Part shown: positions 41,242-54,310 of the stretch, one piece after another
How positions within the stretch are numbered: position 1 is the stretch's first letter
How the letters are laid out: each line of letters starts with the position of its first letter
DNA from: Mizuhopecten yessoensis
Taxonomy: Eukaryota
Direction of reading: 5' to 3'
DNA length: 64,000 bases
Assembly (NCBI RefSeq): GCF_002113885.1
Contig: NW_018408798.1
Coordinates: 151,410-215,409 of the forward strand
Notes under the pieces: model-generated
The model's input: only the letters and a program-made list of their open reading frames with translations
What the model was told of the DNA's origin: nothing
The model's database searches: none
Program-made: the position numbers and the translations under genes

Positions 41242-42780
41242 GTGGTGTTTGAGTTGGTTGTAGGTGGTCAGTACCAGTCTGCTGGTGTTTGAGTCGGTTG
41301 TAGGTGGTTGGTACCAGTTTAGTGGTGTTTGAGTCGGTTGGAGGTGGTTGGTACCAGTTTAGTGGTGTTTGAGTCGGTTGCAGGTGGTCAGTACCAGTCT
41401 GCCGGGGTTTGAGTCGGTTGTAGGTGGTTCGTGCGAGTCTGCTGGTGTTTGAGTCGGGTGTAGGTGGTTGGTACCAGGCTGCAGGTGTTTGAGTCGGTTG
41501 GAGGTGGTTGGTACCAGTGTGCTGGTGGTTGAGTCGGTTGTAGGTGGTCCGTACCAGTCTGCTGGTGTTTGAGTCGGTTGTAGGTGGTTGGTACCAGTCT
41601 GCAGGTGTTTGAGTCGGTTGTAGGTGGTCAGTACCAGTCTGCCAGTGTTTGAGTTGGTTGTAGGTGGTTGGTGCCAGTCTGCCGGTATTTGAGTTGGTTG
41701 TAGGTGGTCAGTACCAGTCTGCTGGTGTTTGAGTCGGTTGTAGGTGGTTGGTGCCAGTGTACTGGGGTTTGAGATGGTTGAAGGTGGCTGGTACCAGTCT
41801 GCCGGGATTTGAGTCGGTTGTAGGTGGTTGGTGCCAGTGTACTGGGGTTTGAGATGGTTGAAGGTGGTTGGTACCAGTCTGCTGGGGGTTTGAGTTGGCT
41901 GAAGGTGGTCAGTAACAGTCTGCTGGTGTTTGAGTCAGTTGTACATGGTTGGTGCAAATCTGCTGGTGTTTGAGTCGGTTGTAGGTGGTTGGTGCCAATC
42001 TGCTGGGGTTTGAGTCGGTTGTTGGTGGTTGGTGCAAATCTGCTGGTGTTTGAGTCGGTTGTTGGTGGTTGGTGCCAATCTGCTGGGGTTTGAGTCAGTT
42101 GTAGGTGGTTGGTGCAAGTGTACTGGGGTTTGAGATGGTTGAAGGTGGTTGGTGCCAGTCTGCCGGGATTTGAGTCAGTTTTAGGTAGTTGGTGCCAGTG
42201 TACTGGGGTTTGAGATGGTTGAAGGTGGTTGGTTCCAGTCTGCCGGGATTTGAGTCGGTTGTAGGTGGTTGGTGCCAATCTGCTGGGGTTTGAATCAGTT
42301 GTAGGTGGTTGGTGCAAGTGTGCTGGGGTTTGAGATGGTTGAAGGTGGTTGGTTCCAGTCTGCCGGGATTTGAGTCGGTTGTAGGTGGTTGGTGCCAGTG
42401 TACTGGGGTTTGAGATGGTTGAAGGTGGTTGGTTCCAGTCTGTCGGGATTTGAGTCGGTTTTAGGTGGTTGGTGCCAGTATACTGGGGTTTGAGATGGTT
42501 GAAGGTGGTTGGTTCCAGTCTGCTGGGGGTTTTAGTTGGCTGAAGGTGGTCTGTACCAGTCTGCTGGTGTTTGAGTCAGTTGTACGTGGTTGGTGCAAAT
42601 CTGCTGGTGTTTGAGTCGGTTGTTGGTGGTTGGTGCAAATCTGCTGGGGTTTGAGTCGGTTGTTGGTGGTTGGTGCCAATCTGCCGGTGTTTGAATCAGT
42701 TGTACGTGGTCAGTACCAGTCTGCTGGGGTTTAAGTCGGTTGTTGGTGGTTGGTGCCAGTCTGCTGGGGTCTGAGTCAGT
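41242..42780 (+). repeat. 40-bp G/T-rich minisatellite (GCTGGTGTTTGAGTCGGTTGTAGGTGGTTGGTACCAGTCT), ~38 copies
   Basis: Unit read directly; strong strand asymmetry; local 80-bp dimer pattern. Confidence 0.96.
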
Positions 42781-43132
42781 GCACAGTAATTCTGAAAATG
42801 TCAAAAATATACATGTCTCCAAACATTAGCCATGGATTTCTTACAGTCAAAGTTATCTCGAAGACATCACAGTAAAGAGGATTTTAATAATAAGCCACAA
42901 AGACAGTTTTAATCAGGAAATCCGATTTACTGGAAAGAGATTTAGTTCTTACCAAGAACAAATTCCCCAGAAATCAATATTTGACTTATGATATCATCAG
43001 CAATTCCATTATAACAACTCTTTAGTCTTGAGATGGATGGTCAAATTTTGTTTTTATCTCTAATTCTAACTATTACTTCATGGTGAATTTTTTTCAAATA
43101 TTTAAGTTCAGTTTTCAAGAATGAAATTATGA

Positions 43133-43518
43133 TTTGACAAGGAATTTATTACCAAGTACTAGTGGTTAGGTTTTGACAAGGAATTCATTACCAAGTACTA
43201 GTGGTTAGGTTTTGACAAGGAATTCATTACCAAGTACTAGTGGTTAGGTTTTGACAAGGAATTCATTACCAAGTACTAGTGGTTAGGTTTTGACAAGGAA
43301 TTCATTACCAAGTACTAGTGGTTAGGTTTTGACAAGGAATTCATTACCAAGTACTAGTGGTTAGGTTTTGACAAGGAATTCATTACCAAGTACTAGTGGT
43401 TAGGTTTTGACAAGGAATTCATTACCAAGTACTAGTGGTTAGATTCATTACCAAGTACTAGTGGTTACGTTTTGACAAGGAATTCATTACCAAGTACTAG
43501 TGGTTACGTTTTGACAAG
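43133..43518 (+). repeat. 39-bp minisatellite (TTTGACAAGGAATTCATTACCAAGTACTAGTGGTTAGGT), ~10 copies
   Basis: Unit read directly. Confidence 0.96.
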
Positions 43519-45954
43519 TTAATGGTTTTAACTGCACTAGTAAGAATGATCACGTATCCAATAGGTCTTTGCCTGGTTGTACATTATAAACCAAATCAAT
43601 AATCATAAACAGAATTAAAAATAAATGTGTATTGATAGTTTCTAGTAGGTAGGCCAAGTATTTTCATACCTGTCACCTTTTCATTTTTTTTGGGTGTCAT
43701 TTACAGTTAGCCCTGTTTGATAGAATAGTCATGTAAAATACCACAGTTTAAGCTGTTCTATGCAACAAATTAATCGATTTCGAGAAGAAAGGAAAATATA
43801 TAGATTTCTACTGATTTCAAAAGCAAAGAATATGAGTAAAACATTGAAAGTCTTTGTACAATATAGGGTCATTTTGGCAACTATGCCTGTTTCAGAGACA
43901 GGAAACTTGTACAAATGTTGTTGTGGCCTTATTTGAGGCACAGATCTCATCAAAGGATGGGTCATATTGATACTGGATTGTTTTCGACGTCAAAGTAAAC
44001 TGAATCATACAGGGGGGAATAGTAATGATTTAATGGTTTTGTTACATGTCCATATAGTTGAGATGGATGGTACGTAGTTATCTCCCCTTAGCCAGTATCT
44101 GCTGGTCATGTGTTTTAAATGATACCACTTGAGAAGTTCTAAAGTGGCCTTGAGGAGAATTTATTCCCCAAAGATACAGGGTGAACATAACAATATGAGT
44201 ATACGGTGGTACACTTGTAAGACATATCACGTTTCCCTGACTGTAAGAAATCTTTCTTATATGTGTTCTTAATGGTTTGTCCAGGTTTTTTGAAGCATAG
44301 CCAAGTCAAAGGCAGGAATTTGTTGTAAAAACATGCAAAAAATGAGGCTTTTGGCACAAATGATATTTGTCTTACATAAAGTATATTCTGTGAAAGTGTA
44401 TATTTTACACATGTCGGCATTTCATACTAATTTTGCAACCTTTTGTTTTCCTTGTAAACTTTCTCTTGCATAAAACCCTTCCTACCAGGGTAAATAAAAC
44501 TTAATTAGTCTGTGTTTATGTACCGGGTGGATAATGTCAGCTACACGCTACACTGGTTTATCAAATTACTTCATGTTTCTACCTTCAGTTCCATTATATT
44601 AAATGTACAGGTTAATTAATTACAGTTACATTAAGATTTTTGTTTTAATTTAAAACTGCATATGCTTTATTTCTGAAGCTTTGTTAATTCTCTTTAACAT
44701 GTTGATATGGAACCAATTTATTTAAGCCTGGTTAGCTGTGAACAATTTTCATAAGTTGTCAAAATGGAACATAGTGTTTTTGTTGGAATAAAAGCAACTT
44801 TACTGGTAAGAATATATATTAATGTTTTCTTTGGAAGTTTGGTACAAAGTTTCCTTTGAGAGAGTGGTCGTAGTTTATTAACTGTATCCGTCTTATTGAC
44901 TTGTCCATCGTAAAAAACCTTTACTGGTACATGTCATCATATACTTTCAGAAGATTTAGCCAAATTTCAATAATACTTACAGTAATAATAGAATCTTGCC
45001 CTATTTCCGGGGTGAGACTATAGATTCCTTACCCAAATGGTGAGGTCTCACACCAGAGCTAACAATTAGAACTCTTACTACTAGTGTTATCTTGTCGCAA
45101 GAATAGCACTACAGTGCTAATGTTATTTTGTTTGTAATATGCGACGGTAAATAAAATTTCTTCTCTCTTGAATACTTTTTTATCTCATCCCAAAAATGGA
45201 GAAGGATTATTTTTCTCAACCTCTAAAAGGAATTGTTTCCATTAATTAGAATGCTTTCTACATCAATTACCCAGTTACAATATGACGTCATCTGAATGTT
45301 AAACTTGATGTCATTTCATTGTTTTCATTGTGATATATATAGCTATCTACAAATTAAACTAGGGGTCGACAGAAAAGCGAGGCCGGGACAATAAGGGAGA
45401 CAACTCTAGGAAGAGTGGGAGAAACCTGGATTGCTGCTGTATTAGGTTGTATCTGTGGACAGATTTCATCCTTATATGTCACAGAGCTCAATAAATCTGT
45501 ACAGTTTTATAGAGGTGGTCATCATAGACAGGTACTGTTGTACTTCCGTGTGTCACATGATGTAGCTAACTACTCTTGTTCTGATACAGACAACAACATT
45601 CACTGTAACTGTATATAGAGAGTTCATGCAAGAAAGGAGAGAAGAAAATGGCTATGTACTCCTGAATCGGACAGTTTATTGGCCAATTTCTCACCAATGA
45701 CGGAAACATAGAAGGAGATTTCTATTGCGCGAGCACACAGACAAGGTTTGCAGGGAAGACTTGCAGTACTAAATCCATTATGGCCCTTACCTCGGGAACA
45801 GTTCTGTTTTAGTGTTGTCTGGGGAGGTATAATGCTCAAGTCTGACTTGTCTGCCACTATACCTGCCCCGAAAAAACACTGTAAGAGAAATGTTCCCTCA
45901 GGAACTGACCATTATAGACGAGTACATATTGACGTGTTAACTAAGTTATTGTAC

Positions 45955-46722
45955 GTAAAGGGCTGGCTGTTACTGGTAGGTGGTACCGACATGTGAACCT
46001 AGTTGTAGTATATAAAGGGCTGGCTGTTACTGGTAGGTGGTACCGTCATGTGAACCTAGTTATAGTATATAAAGGGCTGGCTGTTACTGGTAGGTGGTAC
46101 CGACATGTGAACCTTATTGTAGTGTATAAAGGACTGATTGTTATAGACAGGTAATACTGACATGTCAACCTAATTATAGCGTATAAAGGGTTGATTGTTA
46201 GAGACAGGTAATACTGACATGTCAACCGTATTATAGTGCATAAAGGACTGATTGTTTTAGACAGGTAATACTGACATATCAACCTTATTGTAGTGTATAA
46301 AGGACTGATTGTTATACACAGGTAATACTGACATGTCAACCTTATTATAGTGTATAAAGGACTGATTGTTTTAGACAGGTAATACTGACCTGTCAACCTT
46401 ATTGTAGTGTATAAAGGGTTGATTGGTATAGACATGTAATACTGACATGTCAACCGTATTATAGTGTATAAAGGACTGATTGTTATAGACAGGTAATACT
46501 GACATGTCAACCTAATTATAGTGTATAAAGGGTTGATTGTTATAGACAGGTAATACTGACATGTCAACCTAATTATAGTGTATAAAGGGTTGATTGTTAT
46601 AGACAGGTATTACTGACATGTCAACCTAATTATAGTGTATAAACGGCTTGCTGTTATAGACATGTAATACTGACATTTCAACCTTATTCTATTAAAAAAG
46701 GTGGTTGTTAAAGACAGGTATT
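45955..46722 (+). repeat. 57-bp minisatellite (ACTGACATGTCAACC..ATAGTGTATAAAGG..GATTGTTATAGACAGGTAAT), ~13 copies
   Basis: Period 57 (46441, 46498); first three units are a different subtype (GGCTGGCTGTTACTGGTAGGTGGTACCG). Confidence 0.94.
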
Positions 46723-47239
46723 GTTTTATGTTCTAACATTTCATTGTTTTCCTTGTTTTAACAGTTGATGTAGATTGAGGGACTCTCTGTTTACACTGTA
46801 CAGTTAACTGTTAACTGACAGTTAGTCCCTTCCCTAGGAACTTTCTTTAGCTTGATAAGTCAGGTAAAATTCAAATCATTTAAATTTTCATAAATATAAC
46901 AATCATCCTCTTTAATGTACATTATGAGGCTGAAAATGTGACAATGATATTGAACAAAACTCAGTTGTTTTCATTTTGATTAAAATATTCAAATTATGAT
47001 TTTTTTTTTCAATCAAAATATGTACTTTAGGTAATAAAATATAATATGAATGGACAGAAATTTGTTTCATATCACCTTAAATGGAGTATTAAATAGTCAT
47101 TGTCATAGATGGCATTGTCACACGGAAGCTGTAGGCACATTTCTATAGATGCTCTATATGCAGCACTGAGGTATGTACTAGTGTCGTCAAGTGGATGATG
47201 AATGTGCTTTAGGGATCAAGAAGTGCAGTTTCTATCCAG

Positions 47240-48245
47240 CAGGTTTAAAGTGTGATTACTCCTAAACGCACACGCAGCATGCATGTTCTCACATACGACA
47301 GCTCACAAACATCACAAGTATATATCAATTAGTAGCTCCCCCATCCAGCTAACCTCCAATAGGTCTGTGTTCCTAGATTTCCACGTTTGATATAGACGAC
47401 TGATTAGTACATGTACATGATGAAGGATTACTGGGACGAGTGCTAAAAATGAAAGGTGTGTTTTATACTATTAAGGTCTAAATCAATCCAGCGACAAACT
47501 CCTTCCACCAGGTCCACACGAAGCTCTCAGTGATAAAATGATGGAGGTAATGCGTCGTTATAATGGCCACGGCAACACACTTCAACTTCCAGGGGAGATC
47601 TAACGCTATGGTCGTCGCCAAATGCCAAAGTGTCTGCGGAATTTTGGACAGCAAATTGTACATACAACCATGACATAGCTGCTACCTGGTCCAGGAACCT
47701 GGAGAATTCATCAGCGCTGACTTTGTAGAGGCAAACAACAGTGAGGAGCACCACACTACCCTTACTGTCAGTCTTGGCAACGGGAGAGTGTGTTCTGTGA
47801 TAGAGATAACAATCAGGAACAAATGAAGGAGGAACCAATCTCTGCACGGTGGAGGTGTACAACTGTGTCGTAGGAGCGAGAGAGGAAGGGGGATACACAC
47901 AGCGTTTACTGTGTGGTCCACGGTCGACCATCATGGTTTGACATGGGATTATGTGTGGCCTCCGTAACCACGGTGATTATATGGAGACTTTCTTACAGCC
48001 AAATCCATGTTATCATTTTAATGGCTGCTGCCGCTGTATATAAGAAGTTCAAAAAACTTGGTGTGCACATACCACGTCGGAGGAAGAAGCTGCCGGGAAG
48101 GCTCGGCGGGTGCCACAGGTAATCTACAATCTCATCCAGTGATGACGACATGTGCATGTTGAGTCTCGGTGTGTTCGCCTGTAGTTGATGGGTCCACAGA
48201 CATTTGTTACCTTCAGTAGCTGTGTGGTGCGTCAGGCCTTTATGT
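47240..48245 (-). pseudogene. Probable highly decayed piggyBac-type transposase relic (C-terminal half)
   Basis: Across shifting minus-strand frames, colinear remnants: KGLTH, TCGTRR.FP, DSK..VVLLT, YN, VAII, RVDLV.EFVAG, YTCDVC..VC....CAFRSNH; order matches piggyBac catalytic region plus Cys-rich domain. Pattern recognition only; many stops and frameshifts. Confidence 0.45.
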
Positions 48246-48767
48246 TACCTCACAGCACGGGTGTGGGGAGGGGGAGTAATGGAAGGAGGGGAGAGGGGAA
48301 GGCTGGCCGCAAAGTGCTTGCTATTTGTTGGACTGGCATATATTTTTATTTTCAGACACATGGAAGTAGGTGAACTGTAAACTATAACAATTTGTAAGGC
48401 AGTCCTACATGTGTAGATATGGTTACAACCTGCACTGACATGGTGCCAATATATACACACCTACACACGTACACACCTACACACCTACACAGATAACAAC
48501 CCTACTTCATTGTTTCTTAATAGTAGTCTGGAAGGATGCTATTATACAAACAGTACATCAAGAACCAACCGTATCATTGAACAACAGGGGTTGGATATTT
48601 TAAAAGTATATTGATAAAGATGTTTACTGTTTCTGGAGAAAAAAATAAATCACCAAAGATTAGTTCAGGGAATAAGTAAATGACAGGGCAATATAAGTTA
48701 AAACATTAAAATTTATGAATGACATTCGCATTTGTTAAGTTTAAGTGTGGTAAGATTTTTGAAGTCA

Positions 48768-49105
48768 ATGACCTTGAAATATCAGTTAGTATTTAACGTT
48801 AAAATACCAGAAAGAGCTCGACCTTGAAATGCCAGATAGTTCATCACCTTGAAATATCAGGTAGTATATGACCTTGAAATACCAGGAAATGCGTGACCTT
48901 GGAATATCAGGTTGTACATGACCTTGAAATACCAGGAAATGCATGACCTTGGAATACCAGGAAGTGCATGACCATGGAATACCAAGTAGTACACGACCTT
49001 GAAATACCATACCGTGCATGAACTTTGTATTCCTGAAAGAACTTGATCTTGGCAAACCAGTTAGTAAATGACCTTGGGATATGAGTTAGGACTTGACCTT
49101 GGAAC
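48768..49105 (+). repeat. Degenerate ~26-bp repeat with GACCTTGAAATACCAG core
   Basis: GACCTTG(A/G)AATA recurs about a dozen times. Confidence 0.85.
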
Positions 49106-49149
49106 ACAAGATAAATCTATGCAGTACATAAATCTGCATCCAATCAATT

Positions 49150-49782
49150 ACCTAACTTTAGTTGACATCTTTTTGCGTTATAATAACTTCTTCTTAAAAT
49201 CCTAGAAATTTAAAGCCTTGATATTTGGCCTGTAGCTTTCTGTGGAGTAGACATTCAAGGCCACAAGGATCAGCTATATGTTGAAAACTTCAGATGAAAT
49301 CTTTGCAAGGACCGAAATGTCTAAAATCATTATATTATGATCTAAAGCTTGCTGTGGAGAGAGGCTTTCAATTTTGTTACTATATATATCACCTTGATCC
49401 ATATTTAACATAATAGGGGTCAAATGTGTTTAACTATTCCAATGACATAAGAACTACAATTCCCAGAGTCACGATGTTCATATTCAAAGGGCTATCCAAT
49501 ATGTTGTTAGCAATGACCTTAACACACTTTCAAGGTGACATGTGTTGAAAACTTCAATGAACACCTTCTTATAAACTATAGTACACGGGGTTATCATATT
49601 TGGCCTGTAGCTTGGTAGGCTAAAAGGCTTTCAAAAATTGTTCAAATAAATTTCCTTGGCATCTATTATCACAGCAAACAATTGTATCAGTTTAAAAAAG
49701 ACCTCTTGACCATTTCACAACGGAACATATTCTGTAAACACCATCGAATGACAAATGATAGATATAATAGGCCTCTTTGTTT
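49150..49782 (+). mobile_element. Degenerate HINE-like element fragment
   Basis: Remnant monomer motifs (AACTTCTTCTTAAAA..GATATTTGGCCTGTAGC, TGTTGAAAACTTCA repeated) ending in AGGCCTCTTTGTT like the 3' end of the 37441 element. Confidence 0.5.
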
Positions 49783-49869
49783 TGAAACAACTTGTGAACA
49801 CCTCAGAGGCAAGAGAAAACAAAATAAGGCAGAACTAGTCACACTGTTCATGTTTCATCTTCTGTTTGA

Positions 49870-50927
49870 CTTAGAAATGTACCCAACTGGTACAACTTAA
49901 CTCATAAGAAATGTACCCAACTGGTACAACTTAACTCATTAGAAATGTACCCAACTGGTACAACTTTACTCATCAGAAATGTACCCAACTGGTACAACTG
50001 AACTCATTAGAAATGTACCCAACCGGTACAACTTCACTCATTAGAAATGTACCCAACTGGTACAACTTCACTCATTAGAAATGTACCCAACTGGTACAAC
50101 TTCACTCATTAGAAATGTACCCAACTTGTACAACTTAACTCATTAGAAATGTACCCAACTGGTACAACTTCACTCATTAGAAATGTACCCAACTGGTACA
50201 ACTTCACTCATTAGAAATGTACCCAACTGGTACAACTTCACTCATTAGAAATGTACCCAACTTGTACAACTTCACTCATTAGAAATGTACCCAACTGGTA
50301 CAACTTCACTCATTAGAAATGTACCCAACTGGTACAACTTCACTCATTAGAAATGTACCCAACTGGTACAACTTCACTCATTAGAAATGTACCCAACTGG
50401 TACAACTTCACTCATTAGAAATGTACCCAACTGGTACAACTTCACTCATTAGAAATGTACCCAACTGGTACAACTTCACTCATTAGAAATGTACCCAACT
50501 GGTACAACTTCACTCATTAGAAATGTACCCAACTGGTACAACTTCACTCATTAGAAATGTACCCAACTGGTACAACTTCACTCATTAGAAATGTACCCAA
50601 CTGGTACAACTTCACTCATTAGAAATGTACCCAACTGGTACAACTTCACTCATTAGAAATGTACCCAACTGGTACAACTTCACTCATTAGAAATGTACCC
50701 AACTGGTACAACTTCACTCATTAGAAATGTACCCAACTTGTACAACTTCACTCATTAGAAATGTACCCAACTGGTACAACTTCACTCATTAGAAATGTAC
50801 CCAACTTGTACAACTTAACTCATTAGAAATGTACCCAACTGGTACAACTTCAATCATTAGAAATGTACCCAACTTGTACAACTTCACTCATTAGAAATGT
50901 ACCCAGCTGGTACAACTTCACTCATTC
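49870..50927 (+). repeat. 34-bp minisatellite (TTAGAAATGTACCCAACTGGTACAACTTCACTCA), ~31 copies
   Basis: Unit read directly; each unit has TGTACC-N5-GGTACA dyad. Confidence 0.97.
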
Positions 50928-51228
50928 ACGCCTGAAAACACATTTGAACACTTCCAATTCAAAAGTTGGAATAGTTCGTTATGAAGTTTCAGAGGTGAAT
51001 GAGTTAATTAGATCGAACTATCAAAGCAGCAAAAGGGCTTTATTCAGGGGTCACATTCAGGGGTCACATTTAGGGGTCAAGTCTCCTTAACATTTTGCAG
51101 TCATATGGGCAATAAAACCTTCATATCCAAAGGTACAGTGTAAATGTTTATTGAAGACATTAATGGTGACTTTGACTTTGAAAATCTCATTCTTTCGATC
51201 TATAAATGTCAGACCATGATAAATAGAA

Positions 51229-51492
51229 TCTTATATTCTATGTAGGATATCTCTTTAATGTTATATTCTATGTATGATATCTCTTTAATGTTATATTCTA
51301 TGTATGATATCTCTTTAATCTTATATTCTATGTATGATATCTCTTTAATGTTATATTCTATGTAGGATATCTCTTTAATGTTATATTCTATGTATGATAT
51401 CTCTTTAATCTTATATTCTATGTATGATATCTCTTTAATCTTATATTCTACGTATGATATCTCTTTAATCTTATATTCTATTTATGATATCT
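51229..51492 (+). repeat. 30-bp minisatellite (TTATATTCTATGTATGATATCTCTTTAAT[G/C]), ~9 copies
   Basis: Unit read directly. Confidence 0.95.
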
Positions 51493-51814
51493 AGGAATGG
51501 TTTGACTTTTATGAAACTTCTCACCAATACTTCTGGTATCAATTAGCTGCTCATGATTGATTTTTGACCGGGTTTTGAAAATCAATATTGCTGACAGTAG
51601 ACATCTGGGATTTTGGCACCTCATGGTTTCCAGTTGATATCATGTGAAGGAGTTATTGAATTGTGATGAAACTTGCCTGGTATATGCTTACCATCCTATT
51701 CCCTTGCTCCAGCTAGACGCCCAACCAATTCACAAATAATTAATGTGACTGCTGTGATATAATCAATAAGATAACTGCAAGTACATTTGTTTTTTGCATT
51801 TTATTCCTTCATTA

Positions 51815-51935
51815 TGGCCGAATTGTAACCAGCAATCCCAGCAAAGCTGGTACAGGTGACACCACCACTTCTGTGGCCGAATTGTAACCAGCAATCCCAG
51901 CAAAGCTGGTACAGGTGACACCACCACTTCTGTGG
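51815..51935 (+). repeat. Perfect 59-bp tandem duplication
   Basis: TGGCCGAATTGTAACC... at 51815 and 51874. Confidence 0.95.
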
Positions 51936-52059
51936 AATTCCTTAGGAAAAATCACCCCTACAGGCATCTGTTCACGTGTCTCTTCTGATAGAACAACTGA
52001 AAGGGGGATAACCTACACAATCTCCCATTCTTACTCTGTGCTTTAAGAATTCCCATGTC

Positions 52060-52360
52060 ACTGCCAGATGAGGGTGCACTATAGTAATCACTGTGTCTGT
52101 CTTTTTGTCTGTCCACAATTTCGTTTCCAGAGATTATCTAAGAATCCAAAAGACTTGCTGAAATTTACATGAGTAAATATGGGTTTAAAAAGTTTCTAAG
52201 GTCAAGGTCACTGTTACTCAGATAGACCATGGGGGTACAGTCCTTATAATTATCATGAAATCCAAAAGACCTATCTTTTTGAAATTTGGCATGGTGATGC
52301 ACTGTGATATGATAGATGTGCATAAGGGGTTAAAAAGTCGAAGATCAAGGTCTCCAGATT
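52060..52360 (+). mobile_element. Degenerate MITE/HINE-like fragment
   Basis: TATAGTAATCAC + (GTCT)n-like tract + two decayed monomers with TGAAATTT..ATG and AAGGTCAAGGTCAC. Confidence 0.45.
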
Positions 52361-52611
52361 TTATCCACGTGAGAGCGGTGAGAAAAATGTTTAAATGGCA
52401 AATCCTGAAATTTCTTGTGGGATAAACTGTTGAAAATCTTTATACTACTACCTTACCTATTTGTCTATTCATAAAAAGCCAAATAAATAACATTTTTTCA
52501 AAGTTTCTTCTCGGATTAATGATCATCGAGATCATCATTCGGTAACAACATTCTCAACTTCCTTTTGAGTATTCTAGTCTGCTAATGATAATGAGTTACA
52601 TTACAGTAGTT

Positions 52612-54310
52612 TAATATGATGATCTCTAAACCAAGTTGAACTGTAGTTATAAGATCATCTCCTAACTAGGATTAACTTTACTTACAGAATGATGATATCT
52701 TAACCAAGTTGAGCTGTAGTTATAAGATCATCTACTAACTAGGATTAACTATACTTATAGAAACATGATCTCTAAACCAAGTTGAACTGTAGTTATAAGA
52801 TCATCTCCTAACTAGGATTAACTTTACTTACAGAATGATGATATCTTAACCAAGTTGAGCTGTAGTTATAAGATCATCTCCTAACTAGGATTAACTATAC
52901 TTATAGAATGATGATCTCTAAACCAAGTTGAACTGTAGTTATAAGATCATCTCCTAACCAGGATTAACTTTATTTACAGAATGATGATCTCTAAACCAAG
53001 TTGAACTGTTGTTATAAGATCATCTCCTAACTAGGATTAACTATACTTACAGAATGATGATCTCTAAACCAAGTTGAACTGTAGTTATAAGATCATCTCC
53101 TAACTAGGATTAACTATACTTACGGAATGATGATCTCTAAACCAAGTTGAACTGTAGTTAAAAGATCATCTCCTAACTAGGATTAACTATACTTACAGAA
53201 TGATGATCTCTAAACCAAGTTGACCTGTAGTTATAAGAACATCTCCTAACTAGGATTAACTATACTTATAGGATGATGATCTCTAAACCACGTTAAACTG
53301 TAGTTATACGATCCCCTAACCAGGATTAACTTTATTTACAGAATGATGATATCTAAACCAAGTTGAGCTGTAGTTATAAGATCATCTCCTAACTAGGATT
53401 AACTATACTTATAGGATGATGATCTCTAAACCAAGTTGAACTGTAGTTATAAGATCATCTCCTAACTAGGATTAACTATACTTATAGGATGATGATCTCT
53501 AAACCAAGTTGAACTGTTGTTATAAGATCATCTCCTAACTAGGATTAACTATACTTATGGGATAATGATCTCTAAACCAAGTTGAACTGTAGTTAGAAGA
53601 TCAACTCCTAACTAGGATTAACTATACTAATAGGATGATGATCTCTAAACCAAGTTGAACTGTAGTTATAAGATCATCTCCTAACTAGGATTAACTATAC
53701 TTATAGAATGGTGATCTCTAAACCAAGTTGAACTGTAGTTATAAGATCATCTCCTAACTAGGATTAACTATACTTATAGAATGATGATCTTTAAACCAAG
53801 TTGAACTGTAGTTATAAGATCATCTCCTTACTAGGATTAACTATACTTATAGGATGATGATCTCTAAACCAAATTGAACTGTTGTTATAAGATCATCTCC
53901 TTACTAGGATTAACTATACTTATAGGATGATGATCTCTCAACCAAATTGAACTGTTGTTATAAGATCATCTCCTCACTAGGATTAACTATACTTATAGGA
54001 TGATGATCTCTAAACCAAGTTGAACTGTTGTTATAAGATCAACTCCTAACTAGGATTAACTATACTTATAGGATGATGATCTCTAAACCAAGTTCAGCTG
54101 TAGCTATAAGATCATCTCCTAACTAGGATTGAACTGTAGTTATAAGATCATCTCCTAACTAGGATTAACTATACCTATAGGATGATAGATTAAACTGTAG
54201 ATATAGGATGAGGATCTCTAAACAAGGTTTAATTTTATATAGTTATAAAATGATGATATCTTAACCAGGTTTAACTGTAGTGATAGAATAATGATCTCTA
54301 AGGTAGGTTT
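52612..54310 (+). repeat. 73-bp minisatellite that is a dimer of diverged 36-37-bp subunits, ~23 copies
   Basis: ATGATGATCTCTAAACCAAGTTGAACTGTAGTTATA + AGATCATCTCCTAACTAGGATTAACTATACTTATAG; monomeric decayed copies at right edge. Confidence 0.95.

Noticed and set aside
41628-42822. Pro/Thr/Gln-rich mucin-like ORFs
   Set aside because: The 40-bp unit is not a multiple of 3; the C/A-rich strand is simply stop-poor
43133-50927. CRISPR-like arrays (34-39-bp partly palindromic repeats)
   Set aside because: Units are head-to-tail with no unique spacers, no cas genes, and the context is eukaryotic
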